A stretch of DNA of 62,427 nucleotides, the filler included, from Actinomycetota bacterium (GTDB taxonomy: Bacteria > Actinomycetota > Actinomycetes > JAKEEW01): the NCBI GenBank assembly GCA_046725875.1. It is 4 parts of 4 records of this genome, joined end to end, with 100 filler letters (N's around TTAATTAATTAA, not from the genome) between each part and the next. Parts side by side here need not be neighbours in the genome. Positions count along the whole stretch, not along the records: positions 31,202 to 37,615 come from JBKOZJ010000011.1; positions 37,716 to 62,427 come from JBKOZJ010000012.1; 2 more parts are not named here. One strand, 5' to 3'. Made by a program: the position numbers and the translations under genes. The notes below the pieces were generated by a model that saw nothing but the letters and a program-made list of their open reading frames with translations, had not been told where the DNA came from and did not search any database. Shown here in pieces: positions 31,928 through 41,900 of the stretch; positions within the stretch are counted from its first letter, which is position 1; every line of letters begins with the position of its first letter.

Positions 31928-32305
31928 CTAGGAGCCGGGGGCGCTGTAGATGGTGTCGGCGGGGGTGCCGACGTTGATGTGGAAGGTTTCTAGGCAGCCG
32001 ATCTTGTCGCCGGTGAAGGTGTATAGAAGACGAAGGCAACCCGACCGGCCTCTTTGAGGGTCATCTCCCCGGTGCCGACGGCGACCACGGTGTGCCCTCC
32101 TCGATCAGCCGGTCGAGGTTCAGCGTCGGGCTGCCGACGTCGGCGTCGTTCTCGATCTCGGCGTCGAACGCCTCCTTGCCGTGCAGCGTCGTGTAGTCGT
32201 GTAGCACCCACACGACGTCGTCGGCCAGGCAGGCCAGGATCGCCTCGTGGTCGGTGCGTCGGAAGCCTCGATGTAGGCCTCCACGACCGCCTTGTGCGAT
32301 GCCAT
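31928..32305 (-). pseudogene. NTF2/SnoaL-like gene with three frameshifts
   Basis: Reassembles as MASHKAVVEAYIE/FRRTDHEAILACLADDVVW...LIEEG/TVVAVG...FVF/YTFTGDKI. Confidence 0.8.
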
Positions 32306-32511
32306 GCGCTCGGCCCCCTCACCCGTGGTTCGGCGCGCCGTTCAGGTTCGCCTGGCAGGTCTCGATGCGGCTGATCTTGTCACAATAGGCGGCAGGTGGC
32401 ATGGCTCTACGTCCGAGCTTGGATGACCGGACCGCCCCCATCTACTGCGATCAGCTGGCCGCCCGCATGGCCGTGACAGGGGCGGGTAGCGGGGTCTTGG
32501 AGGTGATCGAC

Positions 32512-32625
32512 ATGGTCTCTCGAACTGCTCGCAATCGGACCATCTGGATTGTCGTCGCTTTCGTCGTGGTGGCCGTCGTTGTGGCGCTCATCTTGACGGC
32601 AGGCGATGGCGGCGGAGGTTACTGA
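32512..32625 (+). CDS. 37-aa single-TM small protein
   Basis: GGAGG RBS; MVSRTARNRTIWIVVAFVVVAVVVALILTAGDGGGGY. Confidence 0.6.
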   Translation: MVSRTARNRTIWIVVAFVVVAVVVALILTAGDGGGGY

Positions 32626-32705
32626 ATCAGGCCCGGCTCACTCTCTCACGCCGCCTGTGGCTGTGGGCTTCAATCCGATGATTGGCGAACGCAGCGCGGC
32701 GGTAC

Positions 32706-33540
32706 TCATCTGATGGACGCGACAGGCAGCGTCAGCGTTCGCTGGGGTGCTGAGCCGGGAGGAGCGGCAGGCGGCGTTGGATTCGTTCCCGGGGCCGCGC
32801 GACCGGGTTGTGCGGGGTCTCGTGCTGGGCCCTCACCGTTGATCGTCCCGCTCGCGGGCTCATCGGTAAGGGTCGCGTCCGCCGGTGGCGTCGGGCCGCT
32901 CGGGGTGACGAGTAGCCTGCGCCAGGCCTCGGCGAGCCATTGCCCAAACCGTTGCGGTGTCCAGCCCCGGTCGTGGACGAGCAGGATGTAGTATTCCGCG
33001 GCGTTCATGCTCCACAGGACGTCGGCGACCTCGTCGAGGGTGAGCCCCGCGCGCAGCTCGCCGGTGGCCGCGAGATCGGAGCTCGCGCATGTTCCGGGCG
33101 CGACGGTCGGCGACCTGGGCCCATAGCTCGCCGAGTTCGGGGTTGGCGGTGGCCGCCTCGCGTAGCGCGAGGAACAGGGGAGCGAGCCGTTGGTGGATCG
33201 CCGCAATCGTCGAGGCGTAGACCTCGATCTTGTCGCTTGCCGTGGCCATCGATCGGATCTGCCGGACACTCTCGCCTTCCCCCACAGGCACGGCCTGGTC
33301 CTGGCCGGCGATCGAGGTTTCGATCAGCTGTCGGAACAGCGCGGGCTTGCGGCCGACCGAGGCATACACGGTGTCCACGGCGACGTTGGCCGCTCGGGCG
33401 ATCCCGGCGATGGTCGTTGCGGTGTACCCGTTGCGCAGGAACTCCGAGGGTGCCGCGGTCAGAATCGCCTGCCGGGTGGCGGCCGCCGCCGCGACCCGCC
33501 GAGGCGAGTGGTAGGCACGCCGGTTGACATCCTTCGTCAT
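32706..33540 (-). pseudogene. TetR-family regulator, frameshifted near 33078
   Basis: HTH YTATTIAGIARAANVAVDTVY in one frame; C-terminus DLAATGELR...LVHDRGWTPQRF in another. Confidence 0.82.
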
Positions 33541-33621
33541 TCGGCCTAGTGTACAGGTATTCATCCGAGATAATTTCGGGCGAATATGGATCGACCGCCA
33601 ACATGAAAGGAGGCGGGGTCC

Positions 33622-33912
33622 GTGACATACGTGTTCACCCAGGACGCACCGATCAGCGCAGAGGTGTACGGCAAGATCGCCACGAAGGTCGGCAGTGAGC
33701 CGATGAAGGGCCTGATCGTGCACGTCGCATCCAAGACGACTGACGGCAAGCTCCACTACTTCGACGTTTGGGAGTCGAAGGAACTATGCGACCGGGCATT
33801 CGAGCGGCGCATCAGCCCAGCGACCCGGCGGGTGCTCAGCGACAGCGGCGCCACACCGCTCAACGAGACCGAGCGACAGGTGCTCGACATCGTCGACGTT
33901 CGCCGCAGCTAA
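33622..33912 (+). CDS. small hypothetical protein divergent from the TetR gene
   Basis: AAGGAGG RBS; GLIVHVA...FDVWESKE suggests a dimeric alpha-beta barrel (ABM-like) fold. Confidence 0.75.
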   Translation: MTYVFTQDAPISAEVYGKIATKVGSEPMKGLIVHVASKTTDGKLHYFDVWESKELCDRAFERRISPATRRVLSDSGATPLNETERQVLDIVDVRRS

Positions 33913-33984
33913 GCAACCCCCCGATGGGGAGGGCCGGTCCGCCTGCAGGTGGACCGGCCCTCCCCATCGCCGCGACGTAAGAGG

Positions 33985-34075
33985 ACGGGGTTTGAGATCT
34001 TCATGAGGCGAGTCGGGGGGCTCAAGGACACCCCGCCCACCGACATCCTGCAGGCCGTGCGGCTGGTCGCGGAGA
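33985..34075 (+). pseudogene. NarL-type response regulator fragment
   Basis: LKDTPPTDILQAVRLVA matches the end of a receiver domain; no intact ORF. Confidence 0.4.
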
Positions 34076-34332
34076 AGAACTCGACCTGGTGCTGCCCTTC
34101 CCGGTTGAGCTACTGCGGTTTCTCGACCAAGCCACGAGCGGGTGGCGCCCGTCGCCGCCGGCGTCGGAGTCCGGCCCTGCCGGGCCTTCCGCCGTGCCGT
34201 CGAGCGAGCCGAGGCCGCCCGTCTCGCCCGGGTCGGATACTCCCACCGGCGATGGGTCGCCGGGGGGTCCTGATGCGCCATGGGTGGACCAGTACGACGA
34301 GCTTGCCGGCTCCGCGGTTTTGCTCCGTGGAC

Positions 34333-34360
34333 CTGCGGGGGTCTGTTGCATTCAGCGATC
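34333..34360 (+). repeat. solo copy of the element end found at 55578-55605
   Basis: CTGCGGGGGTCTGTTGCATT(C/G)AGCGATC, 27 of 28 identical. Confidence 0.75.
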
Positions 34361-34492
34361 CGAGCGATGCTGGCTAGGCCGCAAAGGCCATTCGGGTTGC
34401 GGGTGAGAGGTGCGCCTGGAGGTAGCCTTCGGGCGAGGAGCCGACCGTTCCGGGACGTCGGCTGACTCCCATCTCCGCGGGGCCCATGTGAC

Positions 34493-34714
34493 TCACAGCA
34501 CTGGACCACGCGGCGACACCTCAAGGGCGGCGACACCCCTTCCGTACAGTACGACGAGCCGGTCGCCATGTCGGGTGCGAAGCAAACCAGAATCCTGGGC
34601 GAGCGTTGAAACAATGTGCTCAATGACGTCGTCTGCGTCGCTCGTGGGTTCGTCGAATGTGACGTCTATATGATCCCCGCCGGTAAGCAGGACGCGCAGC
34701 ACAATCTCTGCCAT
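34493..34714 (-). CDS. small hypothetical protein
   Basis: 73 aa, globular composition, TAGGGT 9 nt before the ATG (3 nt before the upstream GTG). Confidence 0.6.
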   Translation of the reverse strand: MAEIVLRVLLTGGDHIDVTFDEPTSDADDVIEHIVSTLAQDSGLLRTRHGDRLVVLYGRGVAALEVSPRGPVL

Positions 34715-34905
34715 GACCACGCACCCTAGACGCCTAACGGCACAGCCGGCACGGCGGCGACCGCCTCGGGCCCGGAGGTGCTGGCAGCCCTCAACCTCCC
34801 GGCCTGGTCGTCCGTGGATAACTCCGCGGCCTGCGCAGATGCTGCCGTTCGGGCCGGCCCGACTCGTGCGTCCGCAGCTCGCTCCGGCCGATCACGCGAC
34901 CTGCC

Positions 34906-35094
34906 CTACAACCGCTGCACCCGGCGCAGGAACCCGCGCGCGGCCAGGAAGTCGGCCAGCGACGGGCGGTGTTCCTCGCATGCCAGCCAGATCTTCTCCC
35001 GCTCCGGCGGGTGGATCTTCGGGTTGTTCCAAACCACCGCGTACGACGCGGTCGCGCCGCAACCCCTCGCCGAGCAGACCAACGGCTCAGCCAT
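34906..35094 (-). CDS. conserved small actinobacterial Cys/His protein, possibly zinc-binding
   Basis: CSARGC...WNNPKIH...RxKxWLACEEH...L.ARGF. Confidence 0.8.
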   Translation of the reverse strand: MAEPLVCSARGCGATASYAVVWNNPKIHPPEREKIWLACEEHRPSLADFLAARGFLRRVQRL

Positions 35095-35207
35095 CGGTGG
35101 TGAGCCTATGCCGCCCGGGGGTCACGCAAGCGCTTCCCCCCGCTACGACCGCTGGCGCCCACCGATGCCGTCGAGTCCCAGTCCGCGTCGCACCGGCGAC
35201 TTTGACG

Positions 35208-35749
35208 GCAGGGTCGGCCGCACGGCGAGGTTCCTGGTGAGCAGGTCCTTTTCCGTGCGGCCTCCCACCGAACCGGACGGGCCCGTTTCCGGGCATCCGG
35301 CTCTCCAGTGACCTATGCCGTGAATTAGCGTTCACGGAGGACACCCAGCACCGTTTCGGCGTTCGGCATTTCGCATACCTCCCGGCTGTCGGTATCCGAT
35401 CACCTGTTCCCCTTCGCCCTGTGGACGGCTTTCCCGTCCTCCCCGGCAGGTCGTTACTACTGCGACTACTACGGGAACTCCGTCGCCGTGGGGCTCGCGC
35501 CCGGTAGGCGATCCCACGTTCGTCCTCGCCGTACGTGTCAGCGTGACGTAGGCGGCCCACTCATCTCCTTGAATGCCCTTGCTGGACATCGCTCCACGCC
35601 CCGGAGGTTGCGCCGACCGACATACCAGGCCGACGCAGGGCGTGGCACCGGTTTCAGGCGTCTTTCCGGTGGACGGGACGTTGCGTCTCCTGGAGATTAG
35701 GCTTCAGGCAATCCAGCTTTCGCCATATCACGCGGGTCCCTCAGCGCAC
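35208..35749 (-). ncRNA. ORF-less (internally deleted) group II intron
   Basis: 5' GTGCG at 35749; 34-nt domain V GAGCCGGATGCCCGGAAACGGGCCCGTCCGGTTC (35270-35303); domain VI ending CCGACCCTGC; 14-codon RT stub MPNAETVLGVLRER* (35325-35369). Confidence 0.88.
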
Positions 35750-35919
35750 CGCCCCCTACGCCTGGGCACGGCCGCTGGTTTCCTGGCATGCCCTTGTCCC
35801 CTCTAGGCTTTCGGCCTCAGGTCAGCCATCAGACCCAGGAACCTCCCTCCAAATTCCTCCCAGCGGAGCTGGGGATACAGCAAGGCGCCTCGCGGCGCAC
35901 TAGGTCCCGTCCACGTGCC

Positions 35920-36035
35920 AGCGGTCGCCCACGTACAGAGAGCAAGGACGCCAGCCGACGGGACCGGTGGCACACCGCTCGGTTCAAGGCCCTGGCCGAC
36001 GGACTGGGCATCGTGGTTACCAAGGACCCGGGCGT
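35920..36035 (+). pseudogene. relic of a SprT-like gene typical of actinobacterial integrative elements
   Basis: VAHV/KDASRRDRWHTARFKALADGLGIVVTKDP resembles KDTSRQGRYHNxRF...ELGL. Confidence 0.45.
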
Positions 36036-36053
36036 CCGCTGCCCCTCTGGCGG

Positions 36054-36212
36054 TGTGGCATGACGGCTGGCATGACGAACACCGTTTGCCCGGATCGTGG
36101 AGTGCTATCAGTGCGCTGGGATGTGGCATGAGTGCTGGTAGCGCGCTTGGAGCGGTGCAGCGGCGTCCTCGTAATGCGTAGGTCCGGGGTTCGACTCCCC
36201 GAGGCGGCTCCA
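36054..36212 (+). mobile_element. att site: 3' part of tRNA-Thr(CGT) (36168-36212) preceded by TGGCATGA repeats
   Basis: CTCGTAATGCGTAGGTCCGGGGTTCGACTCCCCGAGGCGGCTCCA; no acceptor 5' strand or D-arm upstream. Confidence 0.8.
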
Positions 36213-36245
36213 ATCAAAGCCGCAGGTCAGAGAGTACCGGGCCAC

Positions 36246-36325
36246 TCAGGCATGCACGCTCTGTCTTGAGATGCCAAAGCGGGCGCCGACCTCCACCACC
36301 GTTGCGCCGGCTAAAACCGCCCGGC
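36246..36325 (-). mobile_element. IS481-family transposase N-terminal HTH remnant
   Basis: AVLAGATVVEVGARFGISRQSVHA* with a stop where Trp is expected. Confidence 0.6.
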
Positions 36326-36709
36326 CGCATCCAGACGCTGCTCGCCTCCGCGGCCTCTGACTCGAGGTCCGGCTCGCGAGTCCATTCTGAAATTGCCGCC
36401 CGGCTCGCCGCGGATGCTTCAGGACCCACCACGGGTCTGCAACATGTTGCACAAGCCAACGCAGCGACCTCTTGGACACGAAGATGTCACGTTCGCCGAA
36501 GGCTCGGATCAATCGCCGCTCGGCGACATCCACCGGCTTCCCACGCAGCTCCCGCTTGAGGCCGTCCACCACCGACTGTATGCAAGACGCGAGGTCAACA
36601 GCGTAGTCATCCAACTCATCCACGATCGCAGTATCTAAGCGAGCGCCTCCCGGTCGAGAACCCGTTCGCCAAACTGCGCTGTCCACGGCAGATGCGGGCG
36701 TTGCGAGGC

Positions 36710-37150
36710 TCAGCCGATGCGCTCGGCCAGCGAGACGATGATCCCTTCCGGCCCCCGGACGTAGGCCATCCGCCAAGCGCCCTCGTACTCGCCGATGCCA
36801 CCGACGAGTCCGTAGCCCTCGGTAGCTGCCCAATCGACAGCCGCCTGCAGGTCATTGACCTCGAAGGCCACGTTGCGCAATCCCAGCTCGTTGGCCATGG
36901 CGGCCGGTGAGCCCGGCACGGAGTCGGGTCGGACGAAGCTCGAGAGCTCCAGGCGGGTGCCATCGTCGGGCAGCTTCAGCATGACGATCTCGGTGCGGGA
37001 GTCGGGAATGCCGCAGACCGTCTCCAAGAACTCGCCCTCGACGAACGTCCTGCCCTCGACCTCCAGGCCCAGCGCCACGAAGAAGCCGGTCACGACGTCG
37101 AGATCTGCGACCGTGAGGCCGACGTGGTCGAAGCGTCGTACATGTGACAT
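36710..37150 (-). CDS. VOC/glyoxalase family protein
   Basis: FDHVGLTVADL, RLELS, GLRNVAFEV, YVRGPEGIIV; GGGAGG RBS. Confidence 0.92.
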   Translation of the reverse strand: MSHVRRFDHVGLTVADLDVVTGFFVALGLEVEGRTFVEGEFLETVCGIPDSRTEIVMLKLPDDGTRLELSSFVRPDSVPGSPAAMANELGLRNVAFEVNDLQAAVDWAATEGYGLVGGIGEYEGAWRMAYVRGPEGIIVSLAERIG

Positions 37151-37615
37151 AGGCCCGTCCTCCCGTCGTCGTATCGACCGTGCATCCGCCACGGTAGGCG
37201 TTCTCAATACCTCTCGTAGCGGGACCTCCGCAAACGCACACCATCAGCGGCCATGAGAGTGCTGGTGTAGTCCCCCAGGTGGGCAGGGTGGCCAAGGCAG
37301 TCCTCTAGCCGTGCCGTTGTCTACGGCACGACGCGCGTGGCGGGGGATTCGCCGGGGAGGCCAGGGCCGTAGGCCGCTTTCGACGGTTGAACAGGGGTCT
37401 GCCCGAGGAGCTTGCCGTCCGCGTCGTAGGCGCGGGCCGATGCCGGTGTGTCGAGTGGTAGGGAGGTGACCGCCGCACCGGTCGGATCGAGATCAACCGG
37501 GCGCACCTGGCCGTCGATAACGAGCTCGGCTCGTGCGGCGTTTGCCGGGGCGATTACCAGCAGGGTTGTGATATCGGGCGCCGGGTGATCGCCTCTGATC
37601 CAGAGGGCGTACGGC

Positions 37616-37715
37616 NNNNNNNNNNNNNNNNNNNNNNNNNNNNNNNNNNNNNNNNNNNNTTAATTAATTAANNNNNNNNNNNNNNNNNNNNNNNNNNNNN
37701 NNNNNNNNNNNNNNN
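37616..37715. other. artificial contig spacer
   Basis: 44 N + TTAATTAATTAA + 44 N. Confidence 0.98.
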
Positions 37716-37847
37716 AAGGTGGCGGTTCCCTGGGCGCAGCTCGTCCTCTTCGTGGCGGTCGCCGCGTTGATCGGCATGCTCGCCGCTATGGGGCCGGCCC
37801 GGCGGGCCGCCCGGCTCGATGTCGTCCAGGCGATCGCCACCGAGTAG
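37716..37847 (+). CDS. C-terminus of a FtsX-like ABC permease (not in the ORF track)
   Basis: VPWAQLVLFVAVAALIGMLAAMGPARRAARLDVVQAIATE*. Confidence 0.85.
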   Translation, partial: KVAVPWAQLVLFVAVAALIGMLAAMGPARRAARLDVVQAIATE

Positions 37848-38003
37848 CACGAGTCCGGGCAACGAGGGCCCCGGAATCCCCCGCCGCGGGGGTATGGCCC
37901 AAGCGCTCAAGCGGACCGGCCCGATACTCCTCAACGGGCTGCATCGACGATCGCATCGAGCTGACCGGGGTGAGCCACGTACTCCTTCCCGGAGGCAGTC
38001 GGA

Positions 38004-38087
38004 TTGATCCGCCAAGCGCAGGAAACCCGATCGCCGCGGCCGGAATGCAGTGCGCGGTGTCAGGGTTGCGCGCGCTTGGTGGATCAA
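38004..38087. repeat. 84-bp palindromic intergenic element, copy 2
   Basis: TTGATCCGCCAAGCGCA...CGCGCTTGGTGGATCAA. Confidence 0.7.
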
Positions 38088-38108
38088 ATCGCGACGTACG
38101 GTCGGACC

Positions 38109-38786
38109 TCAAGAACCGGAACGCACCAGGGCCGCTAGCTGAGCCGGGTCGAGGTCAGCCAGCGACTCGACTACAGTCAGCCGCTCGCCGGGCTGGATCG
38201 TGGCAGCATGCGGCACCGCAACGACATAGCATCCCGCCGCCAACCCGGCGGCCACCCCGTTGGGCGAGTCCTCGAGGACAACGCAGCGCTCCGGCTCAAC
38301 CCCAAGTGACGCGATCGCCTTGAGATACGGCTCCGGGTCGGGTTTTGTACGGGAGACGTCGTCGCCCGACACGGTCACCGCGAAGTGGCCGGTGCCGATG
38401 TGCGCCAGAACCGCATCGACCATCGGCCGTACAGAAGACGAGACCAGCCCGCACGAAACCTTGGCGCGGCCCAGGTCGTCCAGGAGTTCGCGTGCCCCGG
38501 ACAACACGGTCACATGCCGCTGCACATGCTGGACAATCCCCTCGTCCAGCCATGCGACCACGTCGTCGACAGTCACACCCGCGGCGGCAGTGCCCAGCTT
38601 CTCGAGCATGTAGGTCGCACCACGGTGGGACGAGGCTCCGAGAATGGCCACCTGGTCGGCGGGCGTCCAGTCGCCGCCGAGCCTGGCCATCACCTCGGTC
38701 TCGACCTCGAACCACTGCGGCTCGGTGTCGACGAGCAGCCCGTCCATGTCGAACAGGACGGCTTCAAGATTCCCTGTTGCGCGCAC
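38109..38786 (-). CDS. HAD-IA phosphatase
   Basis: FDMDGLLVDTE, KPDPEPY, LEDSPNG; GGAGG RBS. Confidence 0.92.
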   Translation of the reverse strand: MRATGNLEAVLFDMDGLLVDTEPQWFEVETEVMARLGGDWTPADQVAILGASSHRGATYMLEKLGTAAAGVTVDDVVAWLDEGIVQHVQRHVTVLSGARELLDDLGRAKVSCGLVSSSVRPMVDAVLAHIGTGHFAVTVSGDDVSRTKPDPEPYLKAIASLGVEPERCVVLEDSPNGVAAGLAAGCYVVAVPHAATIQPGERLTVVESLADLDPAQLAALVRSGS

Positions 38787-38815
38787 CCAACCTCCGCACC
38801 TGCGACGGCGACCGC

Positions 38816-38928
38816 ATGAACGGCACATTCACTCGAACCCGGCGGGGATGAACGGCACCTTGACGCGAACCTATCGAGCCAACGGCACATTCATTCACCG
38901 GCGGTTGGAGCGAACGGCACGTTCATGC
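38816..38928. repeat. four regularly spaced (G)AACGGCACnTTsA repeats
   Basis: AACGGCAC at 38819, 38851, 38881, 38913. Confidence 0.8.
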
Positions 38929-41900
38929 GTTGAAGTACTTTGCCTCGGGGTGGTGGACGATCAGCGCGTCCGTGGACTGCTCGGGGTGCAGCTGATACTC
39001 CTCTGAGAGCGTCACCCCGATGCGAGCCGGCCGCAGCAGCTCGACCAGCTTCGCCCGGTCTTCGAGGTTGGGGCAGGCCGGGTAGCCGAACGAGTAGCGA
39101 GCGCCCCGGTAGCCGACCTTCAGCACCTCTTCCATGTCGTCCGGGTCCTCCGCGGCGAAGCCGAGCTCGTCCCGGACCCGCGCGTGCCAATACTCGGCAA
39201 GCGCCTCAGTTAGCTGCACCGACAGTCCGTGCAGTTCGAGGTAGTCACGGTAGGCGTTTGTCTCGAACAGCTCCGCAGTCGCCGCCGATATCCGCGAGCC
39301 GACCGTAACGAGCTGGAACGCGACCACGTCGATCTCGCCGGAGTCGGCCGACCGGAAGAAGTCCGACAGGCATAGGTGGCGATCGCGGCGCTGTCTGGGG
39401 AAGGTGAAGCGGAACCGCTCGCTTTGCCCCTCGGCAGACCGGCCCTCGCTATCCTCCGCGACATCATCCCGGCTGAGGACGATGAGGTCGTCACCCTTGC
39501 TCACGCACGGGAAGTAGCCGTAGACGACCGCGGCTTCGAGCAGCCCGTCGGTGTGCAAGCGGTCCAGCCAAGCGCGCAGCCTGGGCCGCCCCTCCGCCTC
39601 AACCAGCTCCTCGTAGGCAGGGCTGTCGGCGCCGCGAGTCGGGCGCAGCCCCCACTGGCCGAGAAAGGTCGCCCGCTCGTCCAGATAGGCCGCGTAGTCG
39701 GCGAGCGGAATCCCCTTGACCACGCGGGTCCCCCAAAACCGTGGAGTCGGCAACGGATTGTCGGTGACTACGTCCGAGCGGGCCGGCATCTCTTGGTCCG
39801 GTGTCTCCCGCAGGACCGCCGCGGCATGGCGCACTCGGCGCTGCCGCGGCGCGGGCAGCGCAGCACCGTCCTTACCCCGCTTGACCGCCATGATCGCATC
39901 CATCAGGTGCAGCCCCTCGAACGCGTCCCGGGCATACCGAACCTCGCCCTCGAACACGGCGTTCAGGTCTTGCTCCACGTACGCCCGGGTCAGTGCGGCG
40001 CCGCCGAGCAGCACTGGCCATCGCTTGGCAACGCCGCGGCCGTTCATCTCCAGCAGGTTGTCCTTCATGACCACGGTCGACTTGACCAGTAGCCCGGACA
40101 TGCCGATGACGTCGGCGCTGTGCTCCGCTGCGGCATCCAGAATCGTCGCGACCGGCTGCTTGATGCCGAGGTTGACGACGTTGTAGCCGTTGTTGGTCAG
40201 GATGATGTCGACCAGGTTCTTGCCGATGTCGTGGACATCTCCCTTGACCGTGGCGACCACGATCGTCCCCTTGCCGCCGGTATCGGACTTCTCCATGTGC
40301 GGTTCGAGGTAGCCGACCGCGGCCTTCATAACCTCGGCGGATTGGAGCACGAACGGCAGCTGCATCTGGCCCGACCCGAACAGGTCGCCGACGGTCTTCA
40401 TGCCGGCCAACAGCGTCTCGTTGATGATGTCGAGCGCGGACCGGGCTTGCAGCGCCTCGTCCAGGTCGGCCTCCAGTCCGTTCCGCTCGCCGTCGACGAT
40501 GCGCCGCTGCAGCCGCTCGTCGAGCGGCAGCGCGGCGAGCTCAGCGGCTCGGGATTGCGCGCTGCTCTTGGCATCGACACCTTCGAATAGCTCGAGCATG
40601 CGCTGCAGGGGGTCGTAGCCGTCCAGGCGGCGGTCGTACACCAGGTCGAGGGCCACCTGGCGCTGATCGTCCGGGATGCGGGACATCGGCAGGATCTTCG
40701 CCGCGTGCACGATCGCGGAATCCAGGCCCGCCTGGACACACTCGTGCAGGAACACCGAGTTGAGCACAACCCGCGCGGCCTGGTTGAGGCCGAAGGAAAC
40801 GTTCGAGATCCCGAGAGTCGTCTGGACATCCGGCCAGCGCCGCTTCACCTCCCGAATCGCTTCGATCGTCTCCATCGCGTCCCGGCGAGTCTCCTCCTGC
40901 CCGGTGGCGATCGGGAAGGTGAGGCAGTCGATGACGATGTCCTCGAGTCGCATCCCCCACATTCCGGTCAGGTCGCGGATGAGCCGCTCGGCGATGCGGA
41001 CCTTCCACTCGGCCGTGCGGGCCTGGCCCTCCTCGTCGATGGTGAGCGCGACGACCGCGGTCCCGTGCTCCTTGACTACCGGCATCAGCCGGCGGATGCG
41101 GGATCCGGGCCCGTCGCCGTCCTCGTAATTCACCGAGTTGATCAGGCACCGCCCGGCGAGCATCTCCAGGCCGGCCTCGACGACGTCCGGCTCGGTCGAA
41201 TCCAGAACGATCGGGAGTGTGGACGCCGTCGCGAGCCGGCCCGCGAGCTCTCGCATGTCGGCGACACCGTTGCGGCCGACATAGTCGACGCAAAGGTCCA
41301 GCAGGTGTGCACCGTCGCGGGTCTGACCGCGGGCGATCTCGACACAGTCTTCCCACCGGCCGTCGAGCATCGCCTCCCGGAAGGCCTTCGACCCATTGGC
41401 GTTGGTCCGCTCGCCGATCGAGAGATAGGCGGTGTCCTGCCGGAACGGCACGTGCTGGTAGAGGCTCGCGGCGCCGGGGTCGGGCCGCGGGTGGCGCGGG
41501 ACGACCGCCCGGCCATGTACGGCCTCGACCACCGCGCGCAGATGCTCCGGGGTCGTACCGCAGCATCCCCCGACCAGGTTCAGCCCGAACTCCCGGGTGA
41601 AGGCGTCGTGGGCGGTCACCAGCTCGGCCGGCGTCAGTGGATAGTGGGCGCCGTCGGCGGTCAGCACCGGCAGGCCGGCGTTCGGCATGCACGACAGGCC
41701 GACCCGGGCCAACTTGGCGAGCTGGCGCAAGTGCTCGCTCATCTCGGCCGGCCCGGTCGCGCAGTTCAGCCCGATCATTTCGATGCCGAGCGGCTCGAGC
41801 GCGGTGAGCGCTGCGGTGATCTCACTGCCCAGCAGCATGGTGCCGGTGGTCTCAACGGTCACCTGCGCCCATACCGGGACATCAACACCAGCGGCAGCGA

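Noticed and set aside
35087..35560. 157-aa ORF as an intron-encoded protein
   Set aside because: It reads through intron RNA domains; no RT motifs such as YADD
36135..36212. Intact tRNA-Thr gene
   Set aside because: No 5' acceptor strand or D-arm, and the anticodon stem is mismatched; treated as an att remnant
38816..38928. CRISPR array
   Set aside because: Period only 30-32 bp, repeats degenerate, no cas genes visible
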